DNA from: Marsupella aquatica
Lineage: Eukaryota > Plantae > Marchantiophyta
Assembly (NCBI GenBank): GCA_973895155.1
Contig: OZ316896.1
Span: 20,386,754-20,450,753, forward strand
DNA length: 64,000 nt
Reading direction: 5' to 3'
Shown one piece after another: positions 36,750 through 49,548 of this stretch. The notes under the pieces are model-generated. The model ran no database searches, was not told the DNA's origin, and saw only the letters and a list, made by a program, of their open reading frames with translations. Position numbers and translations under genes: made by a program. Positions within the stretch are counted from its first letter, which is position 1. Every line of letters starts with the position of its first letter.

Positions 36750-37750
36750 GCGTCCATTTTGTGCGCATTTGGATAGCTACTACCTCGACGCTGACCTTCA
36801 GCACCATGCTGCGTTGTCTACAAAGCCTAGAAACTCGAGCAAAACCTGCAGGACATGTCAAACTGTTGAAGTCTTCGATCAGCCTCATGCGAGCAAGACT
36901 TTGCTTTACACTAATGACCCTTCAGGGGCTGACTCCTTTTGTTCCTTTCGATCCTTTTCCCCGTTCAATGAGGAAGGGGAGAGCGGACGGCTACTCACGA
37001 TGACATATGGGATGTGGTGGCCGCCATTGCTCGTGATTTCGGGTATCATGTTATGATGGAGCAATGGCATGTGTTACCACCCCGGGATGGTGTTCCAGAC
37101 AGGCGTCGGGCTGATTTGGTTTTCTCTCGCGCTGGTGTTCGTGCCCTTGGGGATGTGGTTGTTGCTGACCCCACGAGTGGAGCCAATGTGGCGTCCACTG
37201 CCCATATCCAGGGTCATGCTGCTACGAGGGCTGCTCGCCTTAAAGAGGAGGCTTATGCTACGCGTTACCCGGGGGACCTTTTTTACCCATTTCTTGTGGA
37301 GGTCTTTGGAGCACTGCACCCGACTTTTGACCATTTCTTGCGCTCTTGTGTTGTTCATTATGTCAAGCGGTGGCCTTATCCCCCCGTCTCTGTTATCACA
37401 GCCTTTTTTAGACAGCGGGTGTCGATTGAGCTTCAGCGGGCACAGGCCTTCACTATCCTTCGTAGAGGAGAGGCGGTTGGAGTCCGGGCATCTAGGTGGA
37501 TTCCCTTGCTTGACCCCCCTATGCAGTTCACAATAGAGCTTTATCAGGCCCTTCAATTTGTAGCTGGGTAGACTTTAGGTTAGTGTGTCCTTTGTTTTCC
37601 TTGGGCTGGGCTTGTGCCCGGTTTTTCTTGTTTTCCCTTGATTGGGTTTTTTGGCGTGTGGTATCCTTTCTCCCGGTTCAGCGCCCCTGCTTTTTGTTAT
37701 ATATTGGAGAAACCTCCCGTGTGAGTCCATTGACGGACCAAAACAAGAAA
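36750..37750 (+). mobile_element. 5'-truncated non-LTR retrotransposon with restriction-like endonuclease (CRE-like clade)
   Basis: ORF 37014-37571 and upstream: THD..WDVVAAIARD..RRADLVF..GDVVVADP..AARLKEEAY..FYPFLVEVFGAL..QRVSIELQRAQA, a typical RLE C-terminus. T-rich 3' UTR and an A-rich end near 37750. The 5' boundary is approximate. Confidence 0.8.
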
Positions 37751-37951
37751 CGGGGCTGCTCAAAATAAGGCTCCAAGGAGTCCCGCGTGGGGTCCCGCAG
37801 GGCTATAGACTCTGCCCTCCAAGAAGACTTGGCTAAGCCCACGTAATCAAAATTTGAAATTCAAAGGATTCACAATGAGGGTTCCTCTCCGCATTGCATT
37901 GCGCTAACTCCACTTACAAAGCTCGCAGGACTTCAAGCAAGCAGCTGCAAT

Positions 37952-38844
37952 ATGGAGCCCATCACCATTCACAACTTCATTTCCGCAGCAGATGTTGAGA
38001 GCAGTAGCACAGATTTCTGTAAAGAGGACGCCGGTGATTCTTCCTCTCCCATCGACATGCCTTCCAACACTCCGAGGTCGAATGCAGGAGCTCCGATGGG
38101 TGCTTTTGTTCCTCCACGCCCAACTGTCGTAGGTGCTGCTGCACAAGGTATGGGGATGTCACAGGGGCAACAATCGATTCCGTTTTCCATGTGTAACACG
38201 CAAATATAGGAGCAGGGCAGACTGGACGAGCTCCAATCAATCATCTCCAACCAGGACGTTGCCCTAGTTCAAGAGTACCTGTTGATCGAGGCACAAAGCT
38301 CAAGCATGAAGATTACGCAAAAATTCTGGATTACATTGAGGTCAGGGAGAATTTCAACGCCATACACGGGGCTGGGAAGAAGACCAGGATTGGTGGCCGA
38401 TACCAGTCCAAGAAGTCCACATTTACAAGCATGGCAGCAGTCCTAGCAGAGTATGGTTTCCCAATCATGGATGGACAGAATCTGAGCAAGAGATTTGGGA
38501 GATATGTTGACATGTATAGGAAGGCTTTGGAAGTGAAGAACTCTAGCGGTGGAGGATTGATAGAAGAGGAGTTTCAAACTGGTATGACGATTCAAGGGAA
38601 ACTGGAGAAGATGTGCCCCCATTTTGACAGAATGCACATGATTTATGGAGAACGTGCGAACGTGGCAACACCAGGTAGTTTCAACCAGGGATTTCGCAAT
38701 TCTGGGCTGATCATTCTTGAGGACACTACTGAAGATGCTACAGACAACATTGACAGTGAATGGAACGATTCTGAGCCCCATGATTATGAAGCTACACACA
38801 TACTCACAGGTATTAATCAACAACAAAGAGCTAGTCTTTTCTAA
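37952..38844 (+). pseudogene. Myb/SANT-like ORF remnant of the type found in PIF/Harbinger elements
   Basis: KILDYIEVRENFNAIHG..TFTSMAAVL..KRFGRYVDMYRKA..LEKMCPHFDRMHMIYGERANV. Internal stop and frameshift near 38209-38290. The 3' end is apparently cut by the next element. Confidence 0.55.
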
Positions 38845-39734
38845 ATTTATCACCCTATTCATTAAAACTGGAATTTCTCTAGTCCAAAAGTTGACGTTTA
38901 AATCTATTATTTTACACCCCAAAATTCTATAACTTTGTCCCCAAAATCATACATTTTCGTGGCCAAATGTACACTTTTTAAAGTCTAAATTTACAATTGT
39001 AATGCTCAAATTATTAAATAACTAAGTTATTAATTATAAATATAAACAGATAAAAATACAGAATAAGACAATATTAGTTTGACAATACAATAAATTCAAA
39101 TGATAACATTAAAAATGACACACTCTAACCAAGGGTCATGAACACGGAACTCCAGGAAAACAAGTGATGTATTATAAAAAATTATAAAACCTATTTTTAC
39201 AGGGTCGAGATCACGTTGACCCCTATGTAGGGTCCAGATGGTTCTGACCGGTTGTTGAATGCATATCTGTAAAAATCTATATGGTGACCATCTCGACCCA
39301 AATGGAGGGTTCACATAATTTTGACCCGTTGTTGAATGTATATCTTTAACTTACTATTCTTTCTGTACAGGGTTAAGCCCCGAATAGACTAACCTTTTTA
39401 TGAGTATATATCTATAAGTAAAACCCTATTTCTTCAGTAGAGGGTTAAGAACATTTAGACCCAAATGGATGTTACGGTAAGCTTCACGCTTTCTTGCAAA
39501 CATATACCCCTAACTAATAATCAGTGTTTGGTGTAGGGTCGAGATCATCTAGACCCAAATCTCATGATCCTCCTCCCCGCAAAATTCGTTTGAGCAAGTA
39601 AATCTAGACCCTGACGGGTCATATTTCATATCGTGATTGCAGAAATCTAGAGGATTTCTATTCCAAAACTTAGTCGTGAGGTCTCTAGTCCTCAGAACTT
39701 CCGAAACAAATGCCAGATGATCGTCTCTATAGGG

Positions 39735-40606
39735 TCATGTATACTGATCCCCAATTAATATCCTTATAAGGTCCTCGATCGCCTCCTCCGTCAATTCCTC
39801 AATTGGTGGCAATTGTTGCACTTCATTCTTGATGTCCCAGGGAATTTCGTCCGCTGTAACATCCAAGACTGTATGGATAACATTGGGAACCCATACCATA
39901 CTACCCCACCTCTCCGACAACAGAGCATAAATGGCAGCCTGTTGATCCCTGTCCGATAAAACATTGATCATAGACCACTTTGGGTGATTGATAAATAGGT
40001 AGTGTTGAAGATTGAAGGCATGATACAATTTCCTCAGCAGAGGCCACAGTATTTTGGGAAAGAACGTATCATCCGTGGAGTGATGCAAAAATGAAGAAGG
40101 GAACAACCCACAATTCTCTGGATTTGCAAACGCCTTCATTGGAGAGTCATCAAGGAGGAGTGTATTAGTCTCATCGTATAATAAACCATAACGTTTCCAA
40201 ACAACCCTCAAATCCTTCAAAAGAATATTTGCCTTTCCTTCGGTGACGTCAGGCCTCTGGATTCCAGTGTCAAATGTATCTTCTTGCGTCAGAATAAACT
40301 TGAATTGCTCCTGCTCTTCTTGAGTGAAGATCAAATGAATCATTTCATTTGCCCTGGGCTTTCTCGCACAAGTCCAGATGGCAACATCAAATATAGCAAA
40401 AGTTGTGATTAAGAACTCGTGAAGATGGGGACGCTCAACATACATAAAGTTAAATCCTCCACGTCTCCCCCAATGAACACCCTTGACACTTGTGGCACTT
40501 CGGCGCGGTCCAGGACTCGGAGTTCTAACAGAATCCCAACACATTTTGTTGAGGTCAAGAATCAATAGCTTCCGTCTGATTGGACCGTGAAGTGGAGGCA
40601 AGGGTC
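39735..40606 (-). pseudogene. FCP1/SCP (NIF) HAD-phosphatase-like exon, 3' part of the cargo gene
   Basis: RRKLLILDLN, ERPHLHEFL...FDVAIWT, LLKDLRVVW, ETNTLLLDDSPMKAFANPEN. Joined to upstream coding sequence by phase-1 GT-AG intron 40711-40607. Confidence 0.85.
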
Positions 40607-41359
40607 CTGCAAACAAGAGACACCTATATTAGAATTGTGTGAGACAGAATAAAGGTAGGCTAGAGATGATCTCGAGCATGAAAAGTAAATTAACAACAGT
40701 GCGAGACAAACCTGCAATTGGCTGAAGGGCAGATGTCAAAGAATGTGGAAAGCTTCGGAGACTATTGTCGACGCAATCCACAACTGGTAATGGCCCGCCT
40801 ATCTCTGTGAAGGTAGACATAATAATTTAGATGGCTGAATTTGAGGACTGAAGGTAGCTTGGGTTTCAACGTCACTTGCTGAAAGACCCAAATTCATCTA
40901 GAAGGTTATCTCCTAATTGGTTTTGGATGTCCAAATTGATCCCTCCAGGAAGCGTTTCAACAAGAGCTGGCTCAGACCAAACTGGCACTAATTTGAACTT
41001 ATTTTTCCTATAATCCCTAGAACGCATAATCTTCTCAGCCTGATCTACATTGACTTGTTTGCCTTTTGATGGACCATGAATCCACACATAATGAGTAGCA
41101 TTAGCTTTGAGAGATTTGTAGCCAGTTCTACCGATTTCAACACCAGGTTTCCTAACAAAAGGAAGAATTACGGGGCTTCCAGTAGAAGAATCTGTGAAAA
41201 CAAGCTTATCCTCTGAAGCGCAAAACATTTGGTCCAAGGGAGAGGACGATGCACCTGCCTCATCCTGAGGGGAGTTGTGGCAGGGGAGCGACAAGCTTTC
41301 TTGGTTGAAAGGATGTCATCGAGTCGAGGTGGGCTAGGAATTGGGTGGCTGGCAGCATC

Positions 41360-43150
41360 CTACAAGGTGGTTTCCCAACCAACATCCAAGTTCGAAAACT
41401 GCTGCTCACGTTGTGCATCCTCTACATGAAACGTGTCCACCGAAGAAGGTACACCAGGAAGCTCGAGATCATCTCGACCATCATTTACCTCATTAAATTC
41501 GGGCAATATTTCACCCTCCTCTTCCATGTAGCTTGGGATTTTGGGACCCTCTGTTTTGCGATGCTCCAAATTCTCCGCAAAAACTTCCTCGGAAACACTC
41601 TCCTCAACTGGAGCTGGATCCGAGGCCACTTCTTCCAAAACAGTAAGGGGACCGGCTTCAATGGCCTCAGATGGCAACGACCCTGGGGGTGGAATATATA
41701 AAACATGGCGGTTGTCATGGAGGAGCCGCGCATAAGCTTTGATGAATTCCATCTCTTGAGCTGTGTCAGAATAAACAAAACAATCCCGACCAACAATGAC
41801 GCAAGCTTTGAGGGTCTGCCCTCCGGAGAAGAAGTCAAGCACTGTGTGACCAGTGCTGGAGAAATAATCAACAAGACGCTTTGTCATTCGTATAGGTTTA
41901 GCTCTGGGGTTTACAAAGCCCCCTCTCCTACCGACCATCTCATAAGACGGGGCCATCTTCTCCAATACTTTGACATCAACTCCAACTTCATCCTGCTTCT
42001 CTTTCCCTCTTTGTTGATCCTTGCTTTTCCCAGCGGAAGACCTCATCGGTAAGACGGTGAAGTCTTTGTCGTACTTAGCACTGTAATTCCAGAATGCATA
42101 AAAATTGTCAAAGAAAATTTGGGACCAGTCAGGCTCTTCGTCACAACAAACTCCCCCAAAAATGATAGTGTCCCGTGCTCCTATGAGAAAGTCACCTTCC
42201 TCCTTGGGTACATCTTCACGGTAGTAACTACCGTACTCGAGCTTAGTGTGGACTTTCTTCTCATGACGGAACTTCTCAAAGGCACTCTGAATCTGGCCTA
42301 TTAAAGGGCCTTGACGAACAAAAATTATTGCCAAAAACTCGGTTGAGTTAGACATCTCCAGACAATATTCCAACAAGACAAAAATCTCAGCATCTGTCCA
42401 CTGACGTTGTCGAATACGACCAAAGTTGACAACGGCAAGTGCGCACATATTATGAAAGGGTCCAACTGATTCCGGCTTCATCGTCCTCATAAGATTGTCG
42501 CTTAAAAAACTGTGATAAGGAGTATCCACCATAGTAGGAGTCCCACCAAACGTCTTGCAGTATATCTGCTCAAGCTTCACAATGAGACTTTGCGGAAATG
42601 GTTCTTTGGCCCTATTTCTCTTTAGGAGATTGGACAGCCAAACCTCACCAGCGAGCTGTCTCAGTTTTGGCAATTCGCCGCGATCTAAAAATGCTGGCAA
42701 AAATTGAGTTAGCTCAAACCAAGTAAGTGAATCGGAAAAATGTTCGAGATACTTTAAAATGTAGTACTCCATGATTTTTGCCCTCAGCTTTGTCATGACT
42801 TTAAACGTATGGGCCATGTCACTCATTGATTGAACATCAGATTTGTTCGTCGGGTCTTTCTTCAATAGAACCTTCTGATGATGAACTGCAGTGAACACCT
42901 TTAGAATGTCCTCACTACTGAGGTCCCCTTCAAAGCATCTAAACAATGCCGGTGTAATCATTTTCATTGTCCGGCTTTTCCCGTTCGTTTTTGAACCTAA
43001 CTCACCAAGTCCATCAGGAAGAAGCCCCTTGACCCAATCGATGCACATTAGTCTCCAAGATTGGAACAGTTTCTCTTCCGAAAACAACAACCAAAAAATA
43101 TTCCTCAGGTCGGATTTTCCAGTCGTTATTTTGGCCAAAGCCATGAAATC
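41360..43150 (-). pseudogene. Cargo-gene exon with N6/N4 amino-DNA-methyltransferase-like domain
   Basis: VNPRAKPIRMTKRLVDYFSSTGHTVLDFFSGGQTLKACVIVGRDC (~41915-41780) matches the HP..KP..L..rli..fS..gd.VLDpF.G.G...aa...gR block of beta-class amino-MTases. Acceptor AG at 43152-43151. Confidence 0.75.
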
Positions 43151-43305
43151 CTGATCCAAAGATAACAGTGAAAATATGAGGCTCGAGACGATCTAGAGGT
43201 AGAAGAAACTATGTTGAAATTTATTGAAAAAGACTTGAATACATAAACTTGACCTCGAGGCTCGAGACAATCTCGAGCTAGAAGTGGATTTGAGTTTGAA
43301 TATAC

Positions 43306-43779
43306 CTGGAACTTTTGATGATCCGTTAGTCTATTGGACCCAATCACGGGTCTCTCGGGACGGCCACACTCGTCAAACTGTCGACGGGCATGGACCATAG
43401 TATCAAGAAAATAGGACTCATACTCCATCATCTTGTTAACTGCATTTGCCCTTTGTGAGTGTTGAGCAAGTATTGTTCTTGGAGTTTTGTCCGAAAGAAT
43501 TCGTGACTTTCAAAGCTGAAGACTCTTGGCGACCTCCTTCAACTTTGCATCGCTCTTAGACCAACCAATGATCCAAACTGCTGCCTTGGCCGAGTGTTGT
43601 CCACTAATTGCAAGGAATTGCACCTTCTTATTCTTAACACCCCACTCGAACTCCTTTCGATCCTCAGGAGTATTATCATAATGGAGCAACTGCGAACTCT
43701 CTCTTGAATACGGAATTAAATCCGCCACAGCTGGTACAATTCCAGGGTTTCTAACCATGGATTTTGCGATCTCCATGGC
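43306..43779 (-). pseudogene. Cargo-gene ParB/Srx-like domain, 3' half
   Basis: AMEIAKSMVRNPGIVPAVADL...FLAISGQHSAKA..., then an in-frame TGA at 43510-43512, then KSRILSDKTPRTILAQHSQRAN. Donor GT at 43305. Confidence 0.65.
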
Positions 43780-44534
43780 CACTACTACATATTGGCCCCT
43801 TTTGCGAAGCTTTTTTTTGACGCCGGGATGGTCTTGCGATGTCATCAACTTCAGATATTTTGTGATCAAACACGCATCACAATAAACCATGCTCACAGGT
43901 TCGCAACATGGTGTTGCAAAGCTAAATACCTCGCAATTTGTTTGCGATCGGATTGAATTCGCAACTCTTTCAGATACTATTCATCTCGCAAAGTATTTGT
44001 GGATCCACGACCATCGCGACTGCATTTGGATCTCTTTTGTTTCATAATTTAGCGATAATAATGTACTCAAATATATATTGTGAACCTATTAGCTTCGCAC
44101 AATATTGTGAAGCATAAATAGTCGCAAGTTACCGAATCCAGTTGATTCGCAAAGTTGAGAACACATTGGCATCACAATTACCGATGGTGTGTTATTCACA
44201 AAGTGTTCAGAAGTTGCTTCTTGACAAGCTTGAAAATGTTTTGCAAAGAGAGTTGTTTGAAAATTTTGTAGAATGGAAATGTTTGAGAGAGTTTCTTTAC
44301 AAGATGGAGAATGCATGTGTTTAGGTTACAGCTAGGGTTTTCAAAAAGGTGGCATGCATGAGGATAGCTTTGGAAACGGCTAAGGTTGCATATATAACAG
44401 TGAGATGAAATTTCAAAGTCCAATTAAGTGTTTGTAAAACAAAAGAAGAAAAGTAATATGTTAATATAAATAAAACCATGATAGTTAGTTTAGGGTCAAA
44501 TTCTGGGCCCACAACAAGTTTTACTACTAGTGCA

Positions 44535-47500
44535 TCAAACCTGGTCCTCATCCTCGCCTCCATTTGACACAATAATAACGTCAGGTTTTTCCGAGATAAT
44601 GGAACGGGACCGTGGCACATACGGTATAACAACTGACCACTCTAGGTCTGGTGGGTACGGAATATAGAAACACTGCTCAAGGTGACTTGGGAATGTAAAT
44701 GGTTCAGATGTTTGCCAATGAGATGGTTGAAAGCTAGTTGTTGATGTCTTCAGTCGAGTAAACCCACACTCATCAAGAAGTACCGTGCGATTATCACCAA
44801 CCAGGTGAATTTTGAACCACTTACACTTGAAGACATACTCTTCAAATTTGGAATCGGCATCATAGGATATGATCAAGATCTCCTCAATCTTCCCATAGTG
44901 AGGCACCACATCTCTGATCACATTAGTGTCATGACGGCTACTTTGTGAATCTTGCATGAACTGCCCTTGAACTCCACAATCAAAAGTTCTTCCCCTTTTC
45001 TCATCAAGGTCAGAAATCCTGAAATGCCTCCCTTGTGTCCACATTGCTGTTCTGGTTTGAACAAGTCTTAAAGGACCATGAACAATTGTTCGAACCTCAG
45101 GAGTCATATCTGGAAAATGTGATACATTCTCACCTTGGGCCACCATAGCATCCAACTGAAGTACTTTCTCCTTCATATACTCAAGGAACTTTGGAAAGAT
45201 CCTTGGGCGACGACTTTCCCTCTTTGCATCTTCATAAAACTCTCTCCAATCTTCCATCACATTGCTGTTACTCAACATGAAAGTACTAACCTGTGTCAAC
45301 TCCACTGCGGTTAGTAAGCGTGTTTTTTTTGCACCTGTTAAACGGTCCTCCTCCACTTCCCTCTCTTCCATCCAAGTGCGTGGAAAACTAGGATCAATGG
45401 TAGCTAAGATGTTACTACAATAAAACATACTCTCAGCTGCCAAGTATCCGGTTGCCATGCTCCCCTCCACTCGTGCACGGTTCCGTACATAAGCCTTTAA
45501 CACGGCCATATACCTTTCCAGCCAATACATCCACCTACAATGCACCGGACCGGCAATGGCAACCTCCCTCACAAGATGAACGAGAAGATGCACCTGACAA
45601 TCAAAGAAGGAAGGAGGGAGGGCCTTCTCCAACTTGCATACCACCTCTGCTGCCAATACCTCCATCCGTGGTATCTCTTCTTCATATATTTCCTTTGAGC
45701 ATATCCATCTCAACAAAGTGCCTAGTGACCAAAGGGCGTCTTGCACTTCTTCACTCCCCAAACCTATGATTGCCACAGGAAGTATATGTTGTAGTAAACG
45801 ATGATAGTCATGTGTCTTGAGATACATTGGCCATTTATGACTGTCCTCCATCCCAAAAGCCTTACGTAGATTGGCACCATAGCCTGTAGGAAACCGCATT
45901 TGCCCTATGCGTTGTCGAAACTCTCTTCTTTCACCAACACTCAAAACCCATGGAGCTGAAGGACGATGTTCCATCCCTGTGGATTCATCAACTGTTATCC
46001 ATACATCTGGATGTCGTTCTAGATCCTGGCATGCCTCCCTAAAATTAATGTTCTTTTCCCCATAAAAGTGCTTGATCAAAGCCTTCCCAACATTTCCCTC
46101 TATATGCATGGGGTCTAACAAGTGATGAATCTTCAACTCAGGCCAATAGGGCAAAGTGGCCAGTATACCCCACCTTGTCAATCCACTACCATCAAATCCC
46201 ATGGCATCTTCAGGGTCTGCCACCCTATCAGCTATGGACTTCCAATACGAAAATATTGTGCGGTCAGGTATCTCACGCTCATCACCATTGATCATGTCAA
46301 AGTCTGAAAACAAAAGGGGGTCAGACCTCATGTGATGCCCAAGTGGAAGAAACTTGGTATGACCAAGGTAGATTATCTTGTGCAGCCATTTTGAGTACTT
46401 GGTCATATCGTGAAGGCTTGGACCACAAGTGGAGCATGCCTTGTACCCTTGAGTTTGGAACCCAGAAACAAACCCAAACCCTGCTCACAAAATAACATTC
46501 TCAATTAGAGTCAAAGGAATTGAAAAGTTCATGTACATAGAATTAAAGAGGGACTTCCTTCCAAACAAACTTGATCTCCAATACATGAAAAAAATACAAA
46601 TCCATACCACTCACCTGGATAGTCATGCATGGTCCACATAATGATTCCCTTCAATTGGAAGACACGTGGTAACCCTCCTGTAGTTGTCCGACCATCATAT
46701 GCCCATACACCCCCCCATAATTTATGGAGTTCCCCAACCAAGAGCGCCAAGTAGGTGTCCATGTTTTTTACCTTAGATGGACCTGGGATAATCAATGATA
46801 GCAATAAGAATCCCTTTTTCATGGACAACCATGGGGGAAGGTTGTAATTCATAACAACCACCGGCCAAACCGAAGTAGGGCGCCCTTTCCCTCCAAGGGA
46901 GTGTGGGCTTACCCCATCTGATGCCAACCCCAACCTCACATGACGAGGGTCACGTGCAAATTCTGGCCATTGTGACTCCACATGCTTGTGAGCAGGGGAA
47001 TCAACTGGCAACCGCATGACACCGGCCTCTGATCGATGTGTCTTATGCCATACCATCAATTCTGCCAAGTCAGAACATCGGTACATGTGCAACAATCGAG
47101 GAATAATAGGAAACCAACGAACAGCTTTTCTAGGCACCTTTGAGGTCAACATGTTGGTTTCATATCGAGGCTCTTGACAAATTGGACACTCAGTTGCGCT
47201 GGCATTGGTCTCATGATAGAGAATGCAGTCATTCACACAAGCATGAATGATATGGTATTCCATGCCAATGGATGATAGAACCCTCTTTGCCTCCTTCCAA
47301 GTTCCTGGCAACACATTTTCACTAGGTAACAAGAGATCATGGCAAATTGCAAACAAATCTGATAGTAGCGCATTGCTTGCCTTGTGTTTTGCCTGAAGAT
47401 TCATCAATGCCAAGATGGCAGATAGTCTATTCAAACGAGCACCCCCATAAATAGGTGTTCTAGCATGTGCCTCAGCTTCTTCCCATTGTTTTTGTCCTTC

Positions 47501-49115
47501 AGGTGTACGTTGAGGCCTTGGATCATGTGCAACATTTGGTGGAGGGTCTCCTTCATTGGGTGGGACACCTCCTTCACCACCAATGTCTACACCAAACCAA
47601 TCTGTCATGAAGTCATCCATGGCTGACTCTTGGTCTTGCATGACCTCATAATTTGTCCGAGGTGCCCCTTCATCTGGACTGTCATTATCATTGTCACTTG
47701 ATGAGGAATCTGCTGATGATGTTTCCCCGTCTTGTGGCAAGCCCATTTCTTGATATGTAGCTCTCAACCTCCTTGGCAACATATCTTGACTAGGCCGCAC
47801 ATTCTATAGAAAATACAATAAAGTATTCACAAGGAAATTAACGCCAAATATAGTAGTGCTCGAAACATATTATTAACAATATAAAAAGAACATGTCATTA
47901 CAAAACATACGTTCACATACGATGAACGTATAATACATGTCCCTAAAGTAATCCTAATCCCATTCATAATGTGTAAACAACTCCTCTCCAACCAGAATGG
48001 TCCTATTAGCTACAACTAGACAATGGTCATGATGATATCTCTGCCCATAAGGGGCTGGAGGGGGACCATCAACAAAAACCCATTCACAGTTTTTCCTACG
48101 CTTAGGCCGGGTCCCCACAGTACTGTTGATGAAACCGGCAATATTCCCACTACAGATGGGATCACCATCAATTATACGCTGGTCACAATACTTTCTGGTG
48201 CAACCATCAAAAGTATCCATGTCCAATGCATAAGTCTTCCACTCAGGGTGTTGAACAAGGATCATGTTCCAATGTCTCCTCTTGTAAATGGGTCCACCAT
48301 ACGGGAACAACGTTGGTCCATCTGAAGAGCGCCCTTTTCCACCCATATCATCCACAATAATGTCCTGACAAGAGAAAATCCCATACCCATGCCTCTCCCC
48401 TAGGGTCGAACTCTTGACAACCCAACGTCTTCCCCAAACTTCTATCTCCTCACCATAGGTTATATCACATGGCAAACCAAGGCACTCCGGATTCCAATCC
48501 TTTATGATAGGAACACACTTCCCTGTGAAGGTACAAGGGCCCCATCTACCATCAACCCTACAAGTGTACTGATCCACTTCCCCTCTAGGCTGTCTTTTTG
48601 ACTTTTTTTTCCCTCTTGTAACAATACCGTCACCCTTAATTGTCCCAACACTACCTTGCCCTGCTGCCACTAAACGAAAAGCTTGTGAAAGTGCCGAGCC
48701 TATAGCATCTAGAACTCCTTGTGAGGGAACATAGGGTGTTGGTGTAGTGGGTGTAGGCCTACTGGATACCTATAGGAAGAAATGGAACCAAGTGAGTGTG
48801 ATGAACCTCCCAAATTTTATTTTATGCTACCTAGCAAGATTTACAAAATAAAATGGAAATCACAGTAAGTTTACAACTCACCATACGGGATGAAGAAGCT
48901 CCCGGTGTAAGACCTCGATGTTGGCCATATCGAGCAATGTGCTCCGCACATACATATGACTTTTGGACAACCATCCCCACACATTTTTTACAACCACAAA
49001 GTTGGCGTGGTGGACCACTAGGTCGACGTACGGTTGGTTCAGGTTGAGGAGGAGGATGACTTTCTTCATCGGAAGAGGAATCTGATGTGGTGGAAGTTGT
49101 AGAGGATGAAGACAT
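44535..49115 (-). CDS. CACTA TnpD-type DDE transposase, apparently intact (exons 49115-48882, 47803-46615, 46480-44535; 1122 aa predicted)
   Basis: LASDG, MHDYPG and MHIEGNV (putative D-D-E) are intact. The exons sum to 3369 nt, are in phase, and contain no stops. Confidence 0.93.
47954..49115 (-). CDS. CACTA-borne SET-domain protein (exons 49115-48882 + 48769-47954; 349 aa predicted)
   Basis: GYGIFS, FPYGG, IDGDPICSGNIAGFINS, VVANRTILVGEELFTHY. N-terminal exon has CGCKKC..H. Donor GTGAGT at 48881 and acceptor AG at 48771-48770. Confidence 0.88.
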
Positions 49116-49548
49116 CTGACAAGTATAGCAATTGGAAGGCGATTAGTAAAAACTTCACCAAAACCATCATTGATAATCCCTACCTAAACATATTAAAAAG
49201 AATTGACAGAAAAATACCTTTATGAGACCCGGGCTTAGCAATGCCTTGACGGATCTTGTGGCTCAAATTTCATGAACCAAATCTGGAAGGAGGGGAAAAT
49301 CTGCCAATATACAATGAATTAAGCCATGCCTTATGGTGAACCAGAAAAAAAGGATGATAGATTGTAACCCTCCATATTTACAGCAATGACTAGAAATGCA
49401 TGAGAAAATGTTATACCTTTCAGATGCCCGGGCTCTCGCAAGGCATTATCATGCATTAGCCAAAACTTTAAAAAACATGGGGAAGTGCCCTACAATGCCA
49501 AAGAGTTTTCCTCTCCATGTTAATGAGATAGACAAAGAAATATAAGTA

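Noticed and set aside
43510-43896. 128-aa ORF as a stand-alone gene
   Set aside because: Its first ~39 codons are CACTA-2 terminal sequence; the chimeric ORF was created by the insertion. The same applies to the C-terminus of 57567..58352.
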